A stretch of 64,000 nucleotides of DNA. Origin: Candidatus Doudnabacteria bacterium. Its GTDB lineage: Bacteria > Patescibacteriota > Doudnabacteria > UBA920. Each line of letters starts with the position of its first letter. Within the stretch, counting starts at the first letter, position 1. Location: NCBI GenBank assembly GCA_016218585.1, contig JACRDK010000030.1, positions 24,277 to 88,276 on the forward strand, written 5' to 3'. The position numbers and the translations under genes are program-made. This document shows positions 57,491 through 64,000 of the stretch, one piece after another. The notes under the pieces were generated by a model. It saw only the letters and a list, made by a program, of their open reading frames with translations. It did not search any database and was not told the DNA's origin.

Positions 57491-59194
57491 ATGGTAGTTA
57501 ATAGAGAATCAGGGATTCTTTCCGGCTTAAAAGATGAACTCTCAGAAGCAAGTCGAAAGAGCAGGGAAGAGCTCCGGTCTAAAAAACAAAATATTGTTGG
57601 AGAACGCATGCAAGAGCTTGTCGAGGCGCAAAAAAACATGAATGCGCTGCTTGTTAAAATTTATGAAAAAGTATGCGGGAACACCGGCTCTAATAGCTCA
57701 GAAATTCTAATGGAACTAGCCAAAGAGCAAAAAGATAATGTTGCGGCTCTGGGTCCGGGAGCTTCAATCGCCCTTGAAAATGCGCTATTAGAATATTCCA
57801 AGCTACACGACAAGGTCGGGTTTTATTATAGGCAATATGAACAAAAGCCGGAAGAGCTTTTTGAAAAATGTTTTGGCAAAAAACCGGAGGGGAAGGTGCA
57901 ATTAATTTTAGGACCAATGACAATATGTTTTCGTTGTTTTAATGAGCAAGACTACATTTTTGCCTATACAAACTACAAACACGAAGACACAAGCATCAAC
58001 GATGTTGAAAAAGCTAAAAAAAGCCAAGGGGCAGCTTTCCCAACATGTAAAGTTAGTGATTTATCAAATTGTGTAATTATAGAAAAAGCGAGTAATAATT
58101 TTGGATTTGTTGACAAAATAAAACAAAATAAAATTGAAATTAAAAAAGGGTCAAAAACTAGGGTTGAATTTTCAGACTTAAATCTAAACGGGACAGTTTT
58201 TTGGTATGTTGAAGGCGAGATAATGTACCAACTAACTTTTCAAACAAAAAAAGGCAGGGTTAGCGGTGTAAATCTTTATGATCCAAAAAATGACAATTTT
58301 ATTTTTTTGGATAAGCAAATTGATTCGTCGCCCGACGAACGCATAGTTTTTCCGGCCGAGAAGTATAGGGAAACAGAGTACCTTGATATAGAATTTGATG
58401 ACAGAGGTTTTTCAATTGTTGATCATAGCAGGAAAAAGCAACTTTTAAACTATGAGGTTTTAAGCGGAAGAAAAATTGTTGTAAAGGATGAGTCGCTTTC
58501 AAAAAGGGTGAGAAGGCATGAAGAGCAGCATCAGTTTAATAAACTTTTTGTGCCTAAAGAACATTCAGAAATACCCCCAAGCTTAATTAAGAGCCTGAGC
58601 AAAACCGCGTTGATAAATATGGACAGGGCTGAAGCTCAAAGAGCAAAGGTTAAAATTATAGAAGCCTTAGTTAGGCATTACAGGAGAATGTACGTAGATT
58701 TTAGAGCGAGAGATGAAATAATTGCTTATTATAGGGATGGTAGTGATATTAAGGCTATTGAAGATCTGTTAAAAAATAGTTCATTATATGACTACAAATC
58801 TGCAGATATTACGTTAGAAAGTGGAAAAAAAATTCCAATACAGCAATGGTTGGAAAATTTACTTAAAAATGATTTAGGCGCCGGTCGGCTTGCCCGGTAC
58901 ACTGAGTATAGCAAGGACAAAAAGGATTTTGCTAAAAGAAGTAGCTTGAATTTTTACGCAGGTCATTTATTTTTTGAGCGGGAAATTAAAGACTCTCTTC
59001 AGTCAATTTTTGTTTCAGACTACAATCGGTCAATTGATGAGTGGTTAGAACAAATCAAAAATTTAGAAAAACTTGGCTATGGTCGCCAGCAAATTGTTGC
59101 TTTTTGTAACATGTTGCCTGCGAGAGCTTGGAAATCTTTTGTTTTGAGACTTAGCCGTCATGGGCAAAAGGCAAAGAAAGAGCAGGTAGCCTAA
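57491..59194 (+). CDS. Orphan AT-rich protein with HExxH-like motif
   Basis: 567-aa ORF; RHEEQHQF and a downstream DEIIA. Confidence 0.7.
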   Translation: MVVNRESGILSGLKDELSEASRKSREELRSKKQNIVGERMQELVEAQKNMNALLVKIYEKVCGNTGSNSSEILMELAKEQKDNVAALGPGASIALENALLEYSKLHDKVGFYYRQYEQKPEELFEKCFGKKPEGKVQLILGPMTICFRCFNEQDYIFAYTNYKHEDTSINDVEKAKKSQGAAFPTCKVSDLSNCVIIEKASNNFGFVDKIKQNKIEIKKGSKTRVEFSDLNLNGTVFWYVEGEIMYQLTFQTKKGRVSGVNLYDPKNDNFIFLDKQIDSSPDERIVFPAEKYRETEYLDIEFDDRGFSIVDHSRKKQLLNYEVLSGRKIVVKDESLSKRVRRHEEQHQFNKLFVPKEHSEIPPSLIKSLSKTALINMDRAEAQRAKVKIIEALVRHYRRMYVDFRARDEIIAYYRDGSDIKAIEDLLKNSSLYDYKSADITLESGKKIPIQQWLENLLKNDLGAGRLARYTEYSKDKKDFAKRSSLNFYAGHLFFEREIKDSLQSIFVSDYNRSIDEWLEQIKNLEKLGYGRQQIVAFCNMLPARAWKSFVLRLSRHGQKAKKEQVA

Positions 59195-59270
59195 TATTGC
59201 CAAAAGCTCAGATTTTGCTATAATACTCCAAGCAGGTTTTTTTAGCCTATTTTTTATTGAAATTTAACAC

Positions 59271-60764
59271 ATGCACCCAAAATTAAAACTCTTTGGTTCC
59301 TTGGTGGCAATATTGCTTATTGCCGCAGCAGCGGTTTGGATTATTCTGCCAAGTGGCAGCAAAATTGACTTTAATAAGATTAAAATCCCTTATAGCCAGA
59401 CCTTTAAGGTTCATTTAGGTTTGGATTTACAGGGCGGAAGCCATTTGGTTTATCAGGCTGACTTTAAGGATATTAAGCAGCAGGACCAGGCAGACGCATT
59501 AAATTCTGTTCGCGACACCATAGAACGCCGCGTAAACAGCTTTGGCGTAAGCGAACCGCTGGTACAGGTTGCCGGATCCGACAGAATTATAGTTGAGCTT
59601 CCCGGTATTAAAGATATTAACCAGGCTATTGATCAGATCGGCCAAACTCCGTTTATGGAGTTTAAAACCGAAAATCCAAATGCTAATCAGCTTACCCCGG
59701 ACAAAAACGGCAATGTAACCGTTGACGCTTCTAAAGCCTGGTTGCCAACCGGACTCTCCGGCAAGCAGTTAAAAAAGGCCACTGTGGACTTTGAGCAGGG
59801 CAAGAGCTTGTCCAGCCAGGTTGTTGTTCGCTTGGAATTTAATGACGAAGGCAGAAAACTTTTCTCTGATATAACCTCGGCTAACATTGGCAAACCAATT
59901 GCAATTTTTCTGGACGGCCAAATTCTAAGCGCCCCAACAGTTCAAACCGCAATTACCGACGGTGTGGCTATTATTACCGGAGACTTTACCGTAGACCAAG
60001 CTAAAGCTTTGGCTACCAGGTTAAACAGCGGCGCTTTGCCTGTGCCGATTAGCTTAATTTCCCAGCAAAATGTTGGCGCGACATTGGGCAAAGAATCTGT
60101 GCAAAAGTCAGTGGTTGCCGGATTAATTGGCTTGTTGATGATTGCTTTTTTTATGATTGCTTACTATCGCTTTCCGGGCTTTTTGGCCACTATTGCCTTG
60201 TTAATTTACGCAGTTGTGTCCTTTGCAGTATTTAAAATTGGTATTTCATTTACCGCATTAGCTTTGGTGGGCGCATTTTTCTTCCTTGGCCTTACGGTAA
60301 GTTCCTGGTTTGGAATTTTAGCCTTCTTTAGTTACATTTTGTTAATCTTCTTAAAAGGGCTTTCCCCGGTCACTTTAACTTTAGCGGGCATTGCCGGATT
60401 TATTTTGTCCATTGGTATGGCTGTTGACGCCAACATTTTAATCTTTGAAAGATTAAAAGAAGAAATCCGCGCCGGCAAAGAAATTCACAAAGCCGTTGAG
60501 GATGGTTTTGCCAGAGCCTGGCTGTCTATTCGCGATTCTAACGTCTCCAGCTTAATTACCACAGTCATTCTTTATATTTTCGGCACGCCGTCAATTAAAG
60601 GTTTTGCCGTTACTTTGGGCGTTGGTATTTTAATTTCCATGTTTACCGCCATTACTGTTACCAGAACCTTCTTAAAAGTTTTTGTGGGCAACAATATTTT
60701 AACCCACCCTTGGTTATTTGGCGTAAGCAAAATTAAGACGTCTATTTCCTCTCAAGATAAATAA
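59271..60764 (+). CDS. secD: Protein translocase subunit SecD
   Basis: LGLDLQGG, GVSEP, LNSGALP and GMAVDANILIFER motifs. Confidence 0.97.
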   Translation: MHPKLKLFGSLVAILLIAAAAVWIILPSGSKIDFNKIKIPYSQTFKVHLGLDLQGGSHLVYQADFKDIKQQDQADALNSVRDTIERRVNSFGVSEPLVQVAGSDRIIVELPGIKDINQAIDQIGQTPFMEFKTENPNANQLTPDKNGNVTVDASKAWLPTGLSGKQLKKATVDFEQGKSLSSQVVVRLEFNDEGRKLFSDITSANIGKPIAIFLDGQILSAPTVQTAITDGVAIITGDFTVDQAKALATRLNSGALPVPISLISQQNVGATLGKESVQKSVVAGLIGLLMIAFFMIAYYRFPGFLATIALLIYAVVSFAVFKIGISFTALALVGAFFFLGLTVSSWFGILAFFSYILLIFLKGLSPVTLTLAGIAGFILSIGMAVDANILIFERLKEEIRAGKEIHKAVEDGFARAWLSIRDSNVSSLITTVILYIFGTPSIKGFAVTLGVGILISMFTAITVTRTFLKVFVGNNILTHPWLFGVSKIKTSISSQDK

Positions 60765-60776
60765 ACTTATCATTAA

Positions 60777-60889
60777 GATACAAATATACAAATATACAAA
60801 TGCACAAATGATACAAATAATTACTAATGTCATTATTTGTAGGTATTAGTTCCATCCGTTTATTTGTAGATTAGTATAGCGTATTAGCA
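60777..60889. repeat. Inverted tacaaat/atttgta arrays in the secD-secF spacer
   Basis: (a)tacaaat repeated ~4 times, then atttgta/tattag copies. Confidence 0.65.
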
Positions 60890-60895
60890 CTCTTT

Positions 60896-61789
60896 ATGTT
60901 CAACACTTTAAAATATTATAAACTTTGGTTTGCAATCTCAGGAATTATTTTGCTTTTTGGCGTAATTTCTCTTTCCGTATACGGCTTGCGTTTAGGAATA
61001 GACTTTAAGGGCGGGACTTTTGTAGAGCTGCAATTTAACCAGCCGGTAGATCAGGCTAAAATTAAAACTGTTATTGACGAGCAGGGGATTAAAAACTACC
61101 AGTTGCAGGCTGCGGAAAATAACAGCCTAATTATCAAGACAGAAAATTTGGCAAAAGATAAACATGACAAACTTTTGTCGGAAATCCAAAAACAGGTTGG
61201 CGAGTTTAAAGAAACCCGCTTAGACTCTATTGGGCCGGTAATTGGCAAGGAATTGAAGCAGAATGCCATTTACCAGTTAATTCTTGTCTCTTTAGGCATT
61301 GTAATTTACCTGGGCTATGCCTTTAGAAAAGTTGCCAAGCCGGTTACTTCCTGGCGCTTTGGTTGGTCAGCAATTATTGCATTATTACACGACTTATTGT
61401 TCGTTTTGGGCTTCTTCTCGATTTTAGGACACTTTAGAGGCGTAGAAGTAGACAGCTTGTTTGTTACCGCCATGCTTACTGTTTTGGGCTTCTCAGTCCA
61501 CGATACAATTGTAGTCTTTGACCGTATTAGGGAAAACTTAAAACTTTATCCCGGCCAGAGCATAGAATACGTGGTAAATCACAGCATTTCTCAAACAATT
61601 GTCCGCTCTCTTAACACCAGCTTAACTGTTTTATTTGTTCTTTTGAGCTTATTGCTATTCGGCGGAGAAACAATTCGTTATTTTGTCTTAGCCTTGTTTG
61701 TGGGTATTATTGTAGGAACTTATTCCTCCATATTTATTGCCAGCCCGGTATTAGTTCAGTGGCAAAAGTGGAAAACTAAAAAAGCCTAA
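60896..61789 (+). CDS. secF: Protein translocase subunit SecF
   Basis: LGIDFKGG, LLHD, GFSVHDTIVVFDRIREN and GTYSSIFIA motifs. Confidence 0.97.
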   Translation: MFNTLKYYKLWFAISGIILLFGVISLSVYGLRLGIDFKGGTFVELQFNQPVDQAKIKTVIDEQGIKNYQLQAAENNSLIIKTENLAKDKHDKLLSEIQKQVGEFKETRLDSIGPVIGKELKQNAIYQLILVSLGIVIYLGYAFRKVAKPVTSWRFGWSAIIALLHDLLFVLGFFSILGHFRGVEVDSLFVTAMLTVLGFSVHDTIVVFDRIRENLKLYPGQSIEYVVNHSISQTIVRSLNTSLTVLFVLLSLLLFGGETIRYFVLALFVGIIVGTYSSIFIASPVLVQWQKWKTKKA

Positions 61790-61793
61790 ATTT

Positions 61794-61825
61794 AAAAACC
61801 TCCCTTAATTAAGGGAGGTTTTTTT
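61794..61825 (+). terminator. Intrinsic terminator
   Basis: aaaaacctcccttaattaagggaggttttttt. Confidence 0.85.
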
Positions 61826-61837
61826 ATCACAAGTTAT

Positions 61838-61866
61838 TTGACATCTACTATTCTTTATGCTATACT
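61838..61866 (+). promoter_or_regulatory. Sigma70 promoter
   Basis: TTGACA-17 bp-TATACT with extended TG. Confidence 0.75.
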
Positions 61867-61896
61867 GAAAAAGTTAAAAACAACTCTTGAAAACAT

Positions 61897-62979
61897 ATGG
61901 GAATTTTAGACACAATAATCCATACCAAACAGACAGAGTCTCTTAATCAATTCAAGCCTTCAGAAATTGTGAAGGAAGTTTTGGAATTGCTTAAAGATCG
62001 CGATCGCCAAATTCTTAGCCATCGCTATGGTTTGGAAGGCAATGAAACTAAAACTTTGGCTTCAATTGGCCAGGAACAGAATCTTACCCGTGAAAGAGTT
62101 AGGCAAATTGAAAAAGATTTAATCCGCCACTTAAAGAAAACCAGCCTGCAAAAGGAAAATTTTTCCTCGGCAAAAGACTTTTTAATAAACATCATTACTG
62201 AACACGGCCGCATTATTGCCGAAGAAAATTTGCTAATGCATTTAAACATTTCTGACCCAAAGGAAAAGAACGCTTTGGTGTTTATTTTGCATTTAATTGA
62301 AGAATTAGACAACTTTATTCACGACAACTATAAGAAAAGCTGGGTTGGCGTGCTGTTTAAGCACGATTTGCTGCATGGTTTTATTTCCGAAAGCAAAAAA
62401 ATTATCAGCGGCAAGAATAGCCCGCTGGACGCAGCTGAATTTTTGGAAAACTTTAAGCAAACTCAATTCTACGACGAGAATAAGGCCGAATTGAGCGATA
62501 AAATTATTTTAAATTATTTAGAGCTCACGGTTGAAATTGAAAAAAATGTTTTTGGCCAGTGGGGTTTGGCTGTGTGGAAAGAAGTTAAGCCAAAAGATGT
62601 CGGCGACAAGGCTTATTTGGTTATGAAGCATCATAAAAAACCCGAGCATTATTCAGCTATTACGGAAATGATTAACAAAGCCAAGTTTGACGACCGCACC
62701 GCTTACAAAGAAACCGTACATAATGAACTTATTAAAGACCAACGCTTTATTTTAATTGGCCGAGGTATTTATGCTCTTTCTGAATGGGGTTATAAGCCGG
62801 GCGTTGTTGCCGATGTTATTGTTGAGATTTTAAAACAATCTCCCCAGCCGATGACTAAAGAAAAAATTATTGAAGAAGTTTTAAAGCGCAGAGTAGTTAA
62901 AAAGAACACAATTTTAGTCGGGCTTTCCAACAAAAAAATCTTTAAGAAAGTCGGCAAAAACGCATACGCTTTAGTATAA
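61897..62979 (+). CDS. Sigma70 region-4 HTH protein with C-terminal HARE-HTH/RNAP-delta-like domains
   Basis: RYGL...TLASIG...LTRERVRQIE; TVHNELIKDQRFILIGRGIYALSEWG. Confidence 0.8.
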   Translation: MGILDTIIHTKQTESLNQFKPSEIVKEVLELLKDRDRQILSHRYGLEGNETKTLASIGQEQNLTRERVRQIEKDLIRHLKKTSLQKENFSSAKDFLINIITEHGRIIAEENLLMHLNISDPKEKNALVFILHLIEELDNFIHDNYKKSWVGVLFKHDLLHGFISESKKIISGKNSPLDAAEFLENFKQTQFYDENKAELSDKIILNYLELTVEIEKNVFGQWGLAVWKEVKPKDVGDKAYLVMKHHKKPEHYSAITEMINKAKFDDRTAYKETVHNELIKDQRFILIGRGIYALSEWGYKPGVVADVIVEILKQSPQPMTKEKIIEEVLKRRVVKKNTILVGLSNKKIFKKVGKNAYALV

Positions 62980-63023
62980 TTTTTTTTAATTTTTAGTTTA
63001 CTAACAAAACAAAAAGCCAAAAA

Positions 63024-64000
63024 ATGGAAGTAATAGTCAACCTTGTTCCAAATTTTGCAGTAATTTTTCAAATAGCCTTCCTCTTTATAACTAAAGGCGG
63101 GTGGGTGCTTTTTGTAATTGGTTTAATATATATGCTATGGCGCATGTACTATACGGAAATTCGCCATCAATATGTCCACAACCAGGAATGGATTTTTTTA
63201 AGCATCAAAGTCCCGCGGGAAAATTTAGTTAGCACAATGGCCGTAGACACTATTTTTACCCATATGCATGCCTTACATTCCAGCAAAACTTTTGCGGAAA
63301 CCTATATGGAAGGCCATGATCAGCTCTGGTATAGTTTGGAAATAGTAAGCTTGGGTGGAAAAATTAGCTTTGTTTTGCGCATCCCAAAGAACGCTAAAAA
63401 TTTAGTGGAAGCGGCGTTTTACTCTCATTACCCGCAGGCCGAGATTAATGTAGTTAACGACTATTTGGAAAATGTCCATTATGATCCGGAAACTTCCACG
63501 GATATAGATGTATTTGGCACGGAATGGAAACTGGAAGAAGATGACGTTTTTCCTCTGAAAACTTTTCGCGATTTTGAACATCCGGCCGCCGAAGAAACCA
63601 TTATCGACCCGCTGGCAAATTTATTCGAGAGTTTGACCAAAATAGAACCTCACGAACTTTTTGCCATACAAATAATTATTCAACCATTGGGCGACAACGA
63701 ATGGAAGCCCAGAGCGGAACGAAAAGTCAAAGAATTAATTGGCGAAGAGTTGCCGCACACGGTAGGCTTTTTGGATATTTTGTTGGCGCCATTTAATTGG
63801 TTTGCAAAATTTAGCTACAAAGATGCCTTGCTTGGTGGCGGCCACGGACACGGCCATGAAGAAGAAAAGGCTCAAAAAAATAACTGGATGAGCCTTACGG
63901 AAACCGAAAAAGAGCGGGTGACATTAGTGGAAAAGAAAATGAGCAAGCCAGGGTATAGAACCAAAATCCGTTTCTTGTATATTGCCCCTAAAAATAATTT
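63024..64000 (+). CDS. Conserved hypothetical membrane protein, 3'-truncated by the window edge
   Basis: Open frame from ATG 63024: MEVIVNLVPN...LSIKVPREN...WYSLEI...VEAAFYSHYPQAEI... Confidence 0.75.
   Translation, partial: MEVIVNLVPNFAVIFQIAFLFITKGGWVLFVIGLIYMLWRMYYTEIRHQYVHNQEWIFLSIKVPRENLVSTMAVDTIFTHMHALHSSKTFAETYMEGHDQLWYSLEIVSLGGKISFVLRIPKNAKNLVEAAFYSHYPQAEINVVNDYLENVHYDPETSTDIDVFGTEWKLEEDDVFPLKTFRDFEHPAAEETIIDPLANLFESLTKIEPHELFAIQIIIQPLGDNEWKPRAERKVKELIGEELPHTVGFLDILLAPFNWFAKFSYKDALLGGGHGHGHEEEKAQKNNWMSLTETEKERVTLVEKKMSKPGYRTKIRFLYIAPKNN

Noticed and set aside
1-64000. Alternative genetic code (UGA=Gly), tRNA or rRNA genes, and the many other antisense ORFs in the track
   Set aside because: TGA ends genes normally (20425, 53562); no tRNA cloverleaf or rRNA motifs were recognised; the antisense ORFs lie wholly opposite well-supported genes

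Overview
This is a chromosomal window from a small-genome bacterium, most likely Patescibacteria/CPR (Parcubacteria-like). The assignment is inferred from the AlaRS lacking its C-Ala domain, the infA-rpmJ-rpsM-rpsK-rpsD-rpoA-rplQ-rplM-rpsI order, mostly SD-less AT-rich starts, and genetic code 11. Nearly all genes are on the + strand. It contains a sortase with a large sorted surface protein, two glycosyltransferase/cell-envelope clusters, ctpA-alaS-pgi, the alpha ribosomal operon, murG/murC/murB, hpf-secA, an AT-rich nucleotide-processing cluster, pepN and secDF. The standout feature is the RNase P RNA gene (minus strand, ~34310-34924). Its P3 helix is extended into a 20-bp stem whose loop is filled exactly by an intact 83-aa GIY-YIG nuclease ORF, and an 'empty' copy of the same stem ends, with the same mismatch, sits at 16662-16691. 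A four-helix-bundle (IVS/Avd-like) gene is similarly bracketed by inverted 7-mer arrays. Related empty arrays and REP-like miniature elements occur between genes and in frame inside housekeeping genes (galE, GT2s, alaS, pgi, GT4, murC, pepN), and sit beside duplicated 3' ends of rpsI and secA. All calls come from reading the sequence; no searches were run.
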